Of a stretch of 64,000 bases of DNA, positions 40,256-52,153 are shown in pieces. Location: assembly GCF_964204645.1 (NCBI RefSeq), contig NC_134033.1, positions 12,408,655 to 12,472,654 on the forward strand, given 5' to 3'. The position numbers were made by a program, and so were the translations under genes. Below the pieces are notes generated by a model. It had not been told where the DNA came from. It did no database searches and worked only from the letters and a program-made list of their open reading frames with translations. Numbering within the stretch: position 1 is the stretch's first letter; the number at the start of each line of letters is the position of its first letter. The DNA comes from Tubulanus polymorphus. Taxonomy: Eukaryota; Animalia; Nemertea.

Positions 40256-42620
40256 AGAAATATTTCGAAAATCTTGCTGGAAACCACTCGTGAAAAAGCC
40301 ATTAATTCTAATAAAATTCTAAGTCATTTAGAAGTGGTATTTCCATGTTGTATCTATAAGGTGGGCTGGCAATAAGTGACCGGTGATTTGAGCGATAGTT
40401 TGCTGTATATATCTATGATACTGATATATCAGTAACAGTCCCGCTGTGTGTGTAGGCACAATGTCAACAGTTGTCTGTGACAACTAGAAGTAAATTCTGA
40501 TCCACTTTATTAACGGTACTATACACTGGTGCTCAGCGCGACGTCCTCTGATGCAAGCTTCATTCTACTGATTTTATTATCGTTGCCAACGAGAAACGAC
40601 TAATGAGAAGTCGTCCGGTGAATTATGTCTCGCAGATCAGTTGTGTCAACTCACAGCGCGCGCTGTTTTATTCGCTGACTAGTGTAAACCGTACGTGAGT
40701 CGAGCTCGTAAACCCTGATGGCGTACACAGGTAGGGTGGGATGGGGCGTCCTCCCTAGGCACGGATTCGAAACCGATTGCACCGGAACTCTTCCTCGAGG
40801 GGTGAATCCCTGCCTGCCTACCCCCACTACCCAGGTATACACAGTTTGTGGCCGTAAAATCGTCTCTGTTCGTGTCTGAATATAAACAACGCTAACATTA
40901 GAGTCGCGATCACACCCGAGATGATTTGGCCCGAGCCAAATTGGCACCGATTAAGCCCGATTCAAATTTGGCCTGTGCCTTATTATAGCGCGCTCGCTCG
41001 GTACTCAACAATGTTTAAACAAAGCAAAGTAAGTCACTCCCGAAACCAGTTGCAATTCACACGCAATAATTTGACCCGTGCTTTAAGTTGGTCCGACGTT
41101 GACCCGCGTCGAAAACGATCGTGCCTTAAGGTCAGCCCCCTTGCTTTCTGTGGGATGAGTGGACCTTGTTTTGCGAGCCAGGACCGGTTACGAACATCAC
41201 GAACAGTTATCTCCTGCCCTCTATCTATACTTTTCAATTGACCCCTTATACCATATCTGTTCCTCCCTCTAAGCCCCGTTCCTTCTGGAAGACAGAGTTG
41301 GCTCTCTGAGTCCAAGCTCACTTTTTCGATCGGTTAAATAAGGCTTGTTGCGCTCAATACGGCAGCAGGGGTTTATTCCAGTCGAAATTCAAATCGACCA
41401 CGCACTTTGAAAAATGACCTGTTTCAAACTATAAATCTTCGTATAATTTTCGGGCGTTTAATTCTCTCCTAGGAAAAATATCCATTTAAGATCGTTAGGA
41501 CCCCGCGCCGCTCTGTCGCTGGTTGTGCGTCGTATAATTAATGTTTTCTCTGACGTTAGATGATCATTAGTCACGCCAGATGACAAATGGGTCTTCACTA
41601 GTTCTCTTCCATTCTCTCTCCCTCTCTCTTTGACGATCTCTTAGCTACAAGTGCTTGATGTATTTCATCCATTCATCAAGTGTGAACATTTGCCCGATAT
41701 TATTCACTGTATCGGGTCCAGTTTCGCATACGTGCACACAGAATACACTGGTCACAAATCTATCGAATCGAATTCGATCTCCTTCGAGAATTTTTAACCA
41801 CGACGGTAAAAAGTGATTTTTCCGTTTGCCATTTGTTTATTTCTCGGCGCGAGTTCGGTTTTAAGACACTTTGAAAACAATTGTTTCCTTTAATTTAACA
41901 TTGATTTCAACGGTTCAATGTATTCCAGGTACATAAAGTGGACTGTTTATTGCTAGAAATATAACAATTACCTTTCGACTAAACATGATTTTTTTACAAA
42001 TGTAGTATGTGCAGAAAAGAGACTTTTTCTAGACGCAGGTCTTATAGAAGCCCATAGGTCGCAGAACTGTTTCAATAAGCTAAGGATGCAAAAAGATGGT
42101 TTATTTTCTTTTACGATGAATATTCTACATTTATTTCTGTCCGGTATCGATTTTCTACTTGCGCTGATTTAACCGATTCCACGCTTTTGAGATAAAGATT
42201 CTTTGCCATAGATTTTGAAAGAATTCTGATTTATTCGAAATGAAATAAAATAAAAGGCATCTCGGTTATATCCGATGGATTTAAACAGCCAGGCTATATT
42301 TGATCGGACATTGCGCTCGTTTCCGGTTAACACTATCCGGCGGCTATCAATTACGCGTCGGCGAACGCCGAACGCCGCGCATGTTGGATTAGCTAATTCA
42401 CGGAGCGTCGGACTGGCGCATAGATCACGAAAAAATTCGTTCACCAAAGAGCGTTGCGCTGATTAGCGGAAATCACCGTTACAACCGGGCGATTTATTAG
42501 CAAAATTAGCACGACTGTATCCATCGTCACGGCTTCAGCCAACTGTTGAAACCCTTGTCGTGGTATTTAGCGGCGAGGGCCGTGCGGTTGTAGGGCCGGA
42601 AATAATGAAATAATCGTTTC

Positions 42621-42755
42621 TGCGACGTCTCCCTCGGCAGGGATTCGAACCCAATAGCGCGCTGCGGTACGAAGTTGCGACCACCTTAGGGTTTCGAACC
42701 CCATGTCGTGAAAACTGCGCAAAGCTGTGACGTCGGCAGGGAATCGGACCCAATG
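42621..42755 (-). repeat. Three ~50-bp tandem units, each containing a tRNA T-arm/B-box
   Basis: tcggcagggattcgaacccaat (42634), agggtttcgaaccccat (42688) and tcggcagggaatcggacccaat (42733). Confidence 0.6.
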
Positions 42756-44874
42756 ACACGGAGACTTCGCCATAGTACAAAGCTGTACACGGCCGTCTTT
42801 TCACACGAAAATGTGCCGCCGTGATAGGATTATCATTTTTACATATATTTTAATTGTTAAGATCATTTACCACATTAAACGCGATTTCTGAATGGGTGAA
42901 GGTGTCCTTACATTTTTATGCGCACTGCTTTCGTTACTGCTGAATCCCACAAGCCTATCGGGTTCGAATCCCGCTGCGGACGGACGTTCGCTCGCATATG
43001 ACACGCCTTCTTGTTCGTAGAGAAAAAGAGCGAGAACTCTTGATACAGTTCCGTCGGCTTCGGAAAATAAGACTCGCACTTGGCAGTTCTGGAGTCAAAA
43101 TGGCACTATCAGTCCCCTTGACATGATTGCTGCAGTTGTGTTTTTTAAATGTCGCTTTCTCTGCTCTCGGCGCGCAGTCGGAGATTGCCGGTTATTTTTC
43201 ATCGTTATCGATATTCTATATTGGAATTCTACTCGTTCGTTTTGACACTCGAAATCGCAGCGAGAGTTCCGGCTTTAAAATGGATAGTCGAAAAGAAAAA
43301 CGACGAAATTCCTCTCCTCATCCTGGCGCGATCCGGCGCCAGACTCGCCGTGAATATCGACAGTTCTCGATATCAAGTTACCGCTTAACGGCTTCCAAGA
43401 AATCTAAACTATTGTCGTCGGACGAGAAATATTATTAATGAAAATATATCGTCGTCGAATATTTCAGAAATTCGATTTTGAAAAAAAATATCGGTCGTCG
43501 TTTTTCGCTGATCGTGATTCACGACGATTCGAGTGTAGACAAGCGCGTACTACATTCGCGTTCGAGTGTGTATTCATCCGCCAGACACACTCGATGGGTG
43601 AAGTGGCCTCGCAAACAATTCGCGACGAGAGACCTAGAGAGAAGAGGAAGAGAGAGAGAGAGAGAAAGGAGAAGAGAGAGGAGAGAAATCACGTACTATA
43701 TACAGTTCTTGGTTGCTGAATAATGACAAGTCACGGCAAAAGCAAATCAAGTGCTACTCATTTCAAGTATGTTACATCTCTAGTAGGATGAGTCGTACCC
43801 TCTCTCGCTGTTTTACGATGACGAAGACGCGCGCAATTTTCTGTTCTCTGATGGGTTGTTTCCCACGCGCAAGGAACCAGAAGTTTTCTAGTAGCGCGTG
43901 CGCGTTCTTTCCTATCGAAAAATCCCTCTCTTCCGTCGAAGACTTCTATTGCAGGAAATGAATAAAGCTGTAAAAAGTTTTTCTATAAAATAGCGTCTAA
44001 ATGTTCTTTTTAGACAGACGGAAGCAATGTACAGTTCACAGTTGTCTTTAAGAAGCTTCAATATATCTTTTACATAGCTTTAAAAAGATTCTCTCAATTT
44101 GTATATAGGCCTAGGACCAAGGCGTTTAGAAACGAGACAAAATGACGTGTCCATTTTCCCCGAAGAAAGTTTCGATTTCACCTTTTCTCTCTCAACATTT
44201 TCCTCGTAGCTTGACAAAAACGTGATGGACCGTGGTTGCAACAAGCAAGCATTTTTGTCAAAAATTAATGATCTTTTTGAGCTTCCAAAACGTTGAAATA
44301 GGTCTCTGAAGAAGATAAATTAACTCTAAAGAATGACTAACGGACAGAAAGTGGAGACTACACTTCAAATAATTCAGACTATGCCAAGTTGACTGAATCG
44401 ATGCTAGTCGAGTGGATTTATGAACGTAATTCACTCGTGTCAATACGCGAGCCTTCTTAACTTCAATTTACTCAATTAATAAAATATTAGATCCATAATT
44501 TCAAGAGAGTCTGACTTGAAAAGGCGGCTGCACATTTTCTCACGGGGTGGAAACACTTGGATTGATTTCTTATACGTTTAACGACCCGTTTAGTCCGACC
44601 CCGTTTAACACGGGAAACCGGCGGCTGGTCTTCATATGATTTTATTTTCATGAAGATAAAAGTTTCGAAAAATTGATGAATAACAGTAATTATGATATAG
44701 ATACTTCGCATTTAGTAAAACATTAATGATATATCAGTATTAAATGAAGGACTTTGAAACTACGGTTAGATTGTTGTGTAGCCTACTATCATTTCTCGAT
44801 ATCTAAATGTATTTCTCTTTTTTACCTAGAAAAGGAAGGGTATCTGGTTCGGAGCTATCCCTGATTAGAGAGTA

Positions 44875-44929
44875 AATCTTCGAAAACTGGGGTCCAATGG
44901 AGTCAATCTTCGAAAACTGGGGTCCAATG
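44875..44929. repeat. 30-bp-period direct duplication
   Basis: aatcttcgaaaactggggtccaatg occurs twice. Confidence 0.9.
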
Positions 44930-45624
44930 ATCGAAATGGTGGCTACTTTTTCAAAATACATCTAGTTTGCACTCGACTACAGCCTCCTGGCTTGTCCATT
45001 CCTCATTTTTTGTACATAACATCCAACTCGGATATCACTCAAGTCGAACACATTTTGACAGGTCCTAAAAGACTTGAGCGGAGTCTACCGTATTATCATA
45101 TCATCGATGGAGCAAGCACAGGCTTAGCCGAGTGTTATACGTTAGAACGCCTCGTACAGTCCTATACTCTACGGATGGCGGGTGGGAAAATATCCAGATA
45201 TGACCTCTGGCAAGTGTATTAACTGTTGCAACTTTCACTTTTATCTCTTTCTCTCTCGAAGACGCCGTGGAAAGCGACACACTTAATGTCATTAACAACG
45301 TGTCAGTGTTAAAACTACATATTCGTCGACGGCGCCAGGCGAGTAGCGACGTAATGGAACATCGCGGTACCACCGCAGGCTCGATTCCCGGCTTTCTCTT
45401 CTCAGCCCGTATTCGTATATCTGATTATGTCGTGTGTGACATTTTATTTTAGATAAGATTTATCCTCGGGAGGTCACCGAGCCGTCGACGAGTGGAGCTG
45501 AAATATATCCGCGGACCTGTTACACGCTCTCGCGCGACGCCTGGTTAAATAAACTTTCTATCCCCGTGTAGCCGCTCAGCCGAGACCGTTAGAAAATATC
45601 TTAGAAAATGTTGATCGTGCTAAA

Positions 45625-46066
45625 GATAGCAAGAAAACTACAATTGAAAGTTTATTAACGTCTTGAAAAAGCATATTTCTTGATATTGATAATAATGATA
45701 ACTCATTATTGTCGAAAAAATATTATGTAATATAAATCATACAGTAGGATCGTTAACAAAGTTATTTTGGATTTGAGTATATCGATAATTGAATTGAATT
45801 GACCGGCAACCAGTCTAACCCAATATATTGATGACGTAGTGCACAGCCTCACAAAAAATGATTATCAAAATTAATCAAAAATGAAATAAGAGTCGTGAAA
45901 TATGTTGAATGAACAAAATTAACGCAAAAATTCACGTTTATGAGTGTTATTTTGTAACGTCAATATTGATGACTTAGTGCATATCAACTCACACAGTACC
46001 CCTTGAATAAAGCATACTATAGGTATCAATGTATATAAACATCATTGTAACGATTTTTTTACGGCT
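45625..46066 (+). mobile_element. Dispersed repeat family A, copy 3
   Basis: aagaaaacta..ttgaaagtttatt 5' part shared with copy 2, plus gaattgaccggcaaccagtcta and two tgac(g/t)tagtgca motifs. Confidence 0.85.
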
Positions 46067-46475
46067 ACGAGATGAAAGGAGACTTCTTTGAGGTCATTTT
46101 AAATGTCGCCTTTGTGTGATTATCTTACCCTATCACGGCGGTTCCCCGGCGAGAATTCGGCTCTGTAGCCGGCGGTGTCGATTCAATGAAGTCATTATTT
46201 CGGGATTAGTATTTGATACGGATCCCGAAGCGATTCATAATTACAATCCATCGACTTTAGTCTAGTTTTTATGCTACGCGCGCATCCCTTAGATATATCG
46301 GAGGCTGTGTGTAAGTTGTTAGTGAAATCGAAGACACTTTCTTAGGTAACTCAACCGCAATTGAATTCCTTTGTCGATTCTCCGGTTTTGAGTACAAAGT
46401 ATCCTTAGGGCTGTAATTAGTGAGTGTAAGGATGTAGACAGAGCAGTGGCCAGATTTTTAGCCTTTTTCACAGAA

Positions 46476-46720
46476 TTGGTCTCTCATCAATCCAGGTTTC
46501 ATGTGTTTGAATCCTGGTGGCCTGGTAGCAGTCAGTCAGTCAGTCTTTCACTGGTCTCTCATCAATGCGGGGTTCATGTGTTTGAATCCTGGTGTTAGCA
46601 GTCATTCAGTCTTTCACTGGTCTCTCATCAATCCAGGGTTTATGTGTTTGAATCTTCGTTACTGGTTTCGTTGATCCAGAAATAAAAGAAAGTTTGAATC
46701 GTGATGGTAGCAGTCAGTCG
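46476..46720 (+). repeat. Tandem array of 66-75 bp tRNA-like units (3 clear + 1 decayed)
   Basis: Unit ctggtctctcatcaatccagggttcatgtgtttgaatcctggtgttagcagtcattcagtctttca, with ggtctctcatcaat at 46478, 46553 and 46619. Confidence 0.85.
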
Positions 46721-47344
46721 GAATCCTATAGTCCCCCATCAATTTACGGTTCACATGCGTTTCAGTGGGATTTAGCCACTATGAATCACTGTAACCCGAA
46801 CTACGCCAAATCCCGAACTCTACCTCGGCAAACAGATTCAAAATCCATCGATCAAGATTTCAAACAGGTGCAAAAAAAACTGCCACAGCAGCAGCGGCTT
46901 ATCCCGTTAATAACAAAAAAGGCTAATCAACAATCGGTTCAGTTTACGGCTGGTTGAAATCCGTATGTGTCCTCTGTTAAAATCATTGGTTCTAAAAACC
47001 CATCCATCAAAAGCATCTGCGATGAATTGACAAAACCGATTTCGAAGTCCGAAGACCCAATCGGAAATAGCCATCGTGACCAATTGTTTAAAAGGTATCT
47101 TATGTTGTTGGCATCTTTCGCACCACCTCAAATCGATTGTCAGGTAGGATAGGTCAGAGGAAAACCGCAGAAAGAAGCTTTGCTACTGTCAGGATTTGAA
47201 ACAGGTTTAGTGGAGATCTTAGAAAATATCCACAGAGAGAATAGAAAGTTATGAAAAAAATGATCCAAAAATAAAGGACAAAAGTACCCTAACAAAATGG
47301 CGGCCAGCGACTGCAGGATGATTTACGGGTGGGCAGCGCAAAAA

Positions 47345-47583
47345 AAGAACCATGGAAAGTAACTTCAGGATTCAAACTATATTGTTTGGCAGGTAGCTTA
47401 GAGTAGAACCACGGAAGAAACTCCGACAATGACATGATTCAAACCATCATTTGTTTGGCAGAGAGCTTAGAGTACAACCACAGAAATAACCCCTGTCACT
47501 GTCAGGATTCAAACTATCAATATTGTTGCCAGAGAGCTCAGAGTAAAACCGCAGTAAGAAACTCCGTCACTGTCAGGATTTTC
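47345..47583 (-). repeat. Tandem array of ~70-bp units (about 3.4 copies) with B-box-like GTTTGAATCCTG on the minus strand
   Basis: ggattcaaac-like anchor at 47368, 47435, 47505 and 47576 (partial). Decayed extra unit near 47155-47200. Confidence 0.85.
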
Positions 47584-50229
47584 ATAATTACTTTACATCT
47601 CAAATGTCATCGCTCTCGTGATGACTGAATTGATTCACAATTCTTTTTTCATTCCGCTGTTCCGTTGTGTAAATCTGACTGACGAAACGACCGATCGAAT
47701 CGATACTAAATGTTCTACTCGTCGTTTCTTGCGTATAGAATTAGAATCGCATCGATTCTGAATTTTTAACCGAGTCATTTTTCTTATAGTCATCGTTTCG
47801 TTCGGAGACAATGGGCGACTCCGATGCGAGCTGCTTTGATCTATTCGGAGTCACTTACCTCGACACGGCGCACCGATCGATACTACACCCTATTGTCTTT
47901 AGGGCTAAAATGCGACCGTCGTTCATTTCCGCCGAATGATAATTGCTTTCGATCGCCGGATTTTCTGTCGTATTCCGATGAATGGGATTTCTGGAAGTCG
48001 TGTTCGATGTTAATGTAAAATACTCGATGATTTTGACGATATTTACTATAAACCCAAAATACGGTTAGATTGCATTCAGGTACGAGATCGCGATGCCTTC
48101 GGGTTAGTTGACTCCACTGCCGGAAGCCAAGATGGCTGCCGGAGCGGCGTTGTAGTGTATTGCTCCATGGACCCTGCTCCCAAAAGCGAAGTTCTTAAGG
48201 GTCTCGGTGAACGAGGACCAGGAAATCTGTTCGATTGCGATGCCGAGACTGATCTACCAGATATAATGATCACTGGATTCAGTATGTAGTGTGAGGTGAC
48301 ATTAGCAATAACCGATTAAAGATTCGGAAAATATTCGCATCGCGTCCCTGGGCCGATGAAGTTTGCCTGGTCTATCATTGGTTTAAAGATCAAGTTAAGT
48401 CGTCAATTCCATAAAATACATGAACTTGTACTTTCTATGGTAAGACATGATGATACAGAGACTACAATGATATGACGACCCTACGCCAAGCTTTAGAAAT
48501 TGTGGGCATTTGATAAATCGGTTTCGAATCCTGCTTTTAGAATGCTCGTTTTATTCTCGCCAAACGTCGTCCCTTTCATCTCGTATCCATAATGTCCTTG
48601 ATAGATGGATTATCGGGCGAGAATTCAGCGTCACTTGTTGCAGCGACGGCGCCAAAGATGAGCAACAGAAAGAGAAAGAGAGAGAGAGAGACAGAGGGAA
48701 AAATAACCGTCACAGCTGGATAAATAGTGACAGCGCGCAGACGGCGACGGCGACAGGGCCGCAAAGATCTGCGGCGTTGCTGCTCAACTCAAAGGATCAA
48801 TTAAAACCACGAATGACTCAACAAGCGGTTTACACGACGCGCATTCGAAATCGAAAACTCGCCGTCAAAAAACACGAGTCGACATCGCCGCACAACATGC
48901 GATACCCGCGGGGGAATTTGTCATCCAGAAGACCGAGAGAACAGGATGTTGCATTCGAGTACTTGTCGATTTTAACCGCTGTGAACTGTGGTTCTCGCAC
49001 AGAACACAGTCACCAGGAAATCTCGAGTATCCGCCACGCGCCAACCACTTGATTTTCGAAACAGCTCCAACTATTCTTGTATAAAGGAAATTAGGAGGAT
49101 ACTCGGGTTTTTATTTGGTGCAATCCTCTTCAACCGAAAATCCTCCGCAATAAGAGTTCAATCAGATCGCGACCCGGATTCAATTTTGTCGGTCAGATGA
49201 CTCGTTCATTAACTAATATAAATTGAGTATAGAGTTCGGTTATTTAGGAAGCACGCAATCATAACTACATAGGCCTCTATGCAAATTAGGTTCAGTTTTA
49301 GCGTGCTGATTGGCCAGTTTACGAGCGCTTCGCGCGAGTACACTCCGAACATTCTCATGATAAATAGAAAGATAAAGTATGTATTTTTCGAGGATACAAA
49401 TCTTGAATTTAGGTTGTTTTATGATATTGTCATCGTGCGCACTTGGTTTTTAATTGGGTCTCGGCGAGCTGTCATCCCTGATTAAAGTCGCAATGAACTA
49501 TTCGGCATTTCGCCGGCGTCTGCCTCGCTTCGAGCAGCATGTTGCGCGCTTCGTTGACAGACGATGTTTTCGCGTAATTTGTTTCAATCGGATAATTTCG
49601 GAGAAAATGATTCACGAATAACGCGCGGTTGTGTATAGTAGAGTTAAACACGAGCGTCTCTTACTAACGTACAATAAGCGGTTCTCTGACCAGTCAAGAG
49701 TTTTTGCACTTGCAATTTCACAACCACTGTCGAAAAAAAGCCAAAATGATGGTTACGTTGTTTAGACGCCATATAGATAGAATATTAACTTCCTTAATTC
49801 CTGTTTAGGAGAAAAATGGGTTGAAAAGCATTTCAGAGTCTTCTATTGCAGCTGAAGTGTCAAGTATAGAACCCTTAACCATTTTTATTAGAACTAATTT
49901 TGTAGGCATCATCATGTCATTTTCGGCGTGCATTATTTGGGTATTTGTTTCATGGAGAGTAATAACCTGGTGAGTTAATCTTCTCCGCGTACGGGGCTTT
50001 GGTCAAACGGTACGCTCGCCAATGTATTCGTAGCTGTGAGACATTAGAGTCCTGTTTTAGTGGAGAACAGCTAAATGTAACTATATGAGTTAGACAGTTG
50101 CGAAGGGAGCGTTTTCAATCCGATACAAATTCGTCTTGAACTTTTCGTTCCTCCCTTAGAAAGAAAGCGTCATTCGGGCGCAAGGCTGTTTCTTCGTAAT
50201 CCGCACGAATTCAGTGTGGATTACGTTAC

Positions 50230-50390
50230 AACATTATCTACAGCGCGCAACAATTGTCAACGGCTTATCTGATAAGCATCGTGACATCATCATCATCATC
50301 ATCATCGGCGTCGACGGATAAGCGCTGAACTTATCCGCGCGTCGTCGAAATTCATCTAGCGTTCGCGCTCAGTCGGGTTATCATCACTGC
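50230..50390 (+). promoter_or_regulatory. Candidate promoter: GATA motif cluster plus Inr-like TCAGTC
   Basis: ttatct (50234), palindromic gcttatctgataagc (50263-50277), cggataag..cttatccg (50315-50337), TCAGTC (50369) and ttatca (50378), at the start of an unusually long CpG-rich block. Confidence 0.4.
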
Positions 50391-51307
50391 AGAGTCAATA
50401 GAAGCGCGAGTATCTCGTACCGTGCGCGTGGTTATAGCTAGCGATTCGCTGCTGCTGCTGCCGCTACCGTCATCGTCGCTGCTGCCAACGCCGTCGAGCG
50501 AGCAACAGATCTTCGAAAGCGCAAATCACAACCGCAGTTCCATCGTTGACAAACGGCAGCTTAGAAGAACACGTTCAAGCGTCTACGGCGCATTAAATCA
50601 AGCTTACACGTAGCGAGCCGATATTTGATATCGTATCGGGCCGAGAATCGATCAATTGGAAATTAATAAAGTCGATGGTGTGTTTTTTTCTGCCCGGTCG
50701 TTTCACGGCAGTGCGCGCAGACGGATAAACTGCGACGTGATCGTTTCGTGAGCGCGCGTTGAAGGAATAGATTTATTTGAGAGTTTTATCGCGGCTTCGA
50801 CCGTTCGTACATCACCATCTCCGGAACGATAAACGACCGCGAATTCGGAATCTTTTTTGAAGGCGTTGAAAAAGAAGAGCTCCTTTTTTAAAACATCGCT
50901 TTGTGGTTTTGAATACTTTTTCAAAACGACTTTGAAAATATAAATTCTTTTCTGTGATATCCTCGGAATCTAAACGATTCGGGCGATATTTATTCAAACT
51001 TTAATACGATTAATCGTTACGAATGACGATGCATTAAAAGTGGATTAGTTTTCTTGGAAATTCTCTCAAATTTCAATCATTAACGATCGAATTACGGATG
51101 TTTTGCGAAGACAAACTTTAAGATAAGGACAGGATATTTGAAAAAAAAAAATATTTGTTGTCACGCTGGAGGTTGTCGGTCGCTGGGGATAATATATTTC
51201 GCATAAAAAACATTTCCAAGTTAGGAAAATAGAACTCCGCCATTAACACTGACAATAGAACTTATTAAATGACCTAGTTTCTGGACACCTGGCTGGATAT
51301 TGTTACT

Positions 51308-51409
51308 ATGGCGATGTATTTATTATCGATTTTGTTGGTATTGTTGCAGTGTGAACTCCCGTGCGCAGAATCGACGTCCAACTACGAGTATTGCACAAGT
51401 TCCTGTAAG
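51308..51409 (+). CDS. First coding exon of a secreted or membrane protein (MAMYLLSILLVLLQCELPCAESTSNYEYCTSSCK), partial
   Basis: ATG in actATGg context with an in-frame upstream stop (atg acc tag, 51269-51277). Hydrophobic signal-peptide-like stretch with an A-E-S-type cleavage site, then CxxxC, then a phase-0 donor AAG|GTAAGA at 51409/51410. Confidence 0.7.
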
Positions 51410-51848
51410 GTAAGAAACTGATTTTGCTTATTTCTACTGAAAAGCCTTAAGAATCAGTCGAAGACAAAAGTTAATCGTCAATGTTTTGGTGAACGTATCT
51501 CAAATTTACTTATTTTGCTTCATTTTTCCATCACTGATATTTCTTCCTCGAAGATTCGAAGATATCTTATTCCCCCTGTCAAGATTTTTTTTCTTGGTAA
51601 ATCGAAATTCAACGAAACTGCTTACGAGACCCAAATGCACGAAATAGATAACCTCCTATGAAATCACTAACAAGCATTTATTTATAGGAATTAGAATAAA
51701 ATTAGAAAATTAGTCAAGATAATCTTACTTCAAAAACGGTAAAATTAAGTAAAAACTTGTGGAAGAAACAATCGTGTCGCCTAACGCGCCGATAAGGCCC
51801 TGGAGGGTTAAGCCAGACCGTGAAATCAAGTATATATCAAACATTTCC

Positions 51849-51896
51849 AACGAAAGAAACGCGACCCGATCGAACGAAAGAAACGCGACCCGATCG
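51849..51896. repeat. 24-bp tandem duplication
   Basis: aacgaaagaaacgcgacccgatcg x2. Confidence 0.9.
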
Positions 51897-52153
51897 GCTG
51901 GTGGAAGGGTTAACCATCTCATCAAAATGACTTCATATTACGACGAAGAAATGAAATGCGCACAAATTAAACTGTAATAAGAGTTGAGTGTTTATTGATG
52001 TCGTTGGTAAACGCTTCAGCGATGAATTCGAGATGGTGAAATTTGAACTAGTGTTATCGCTATTACTGTGACGACCGCGGCACGTGTTTGTGTGTGAGGG
52101 GGCGATGGAGGTATTCGTTCAAAGGGCTGTGATTGGTCGGTTGAGCGCAAACG

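Noticed and set aside
48510-49052. Longest ORF in the track (180 aa)
   Set aside because: It starts at TTG, runs through a GA microsatellite, has no recognisable domain, and has the R/S-rich composition typical of CpG-rich non-coding DNA.
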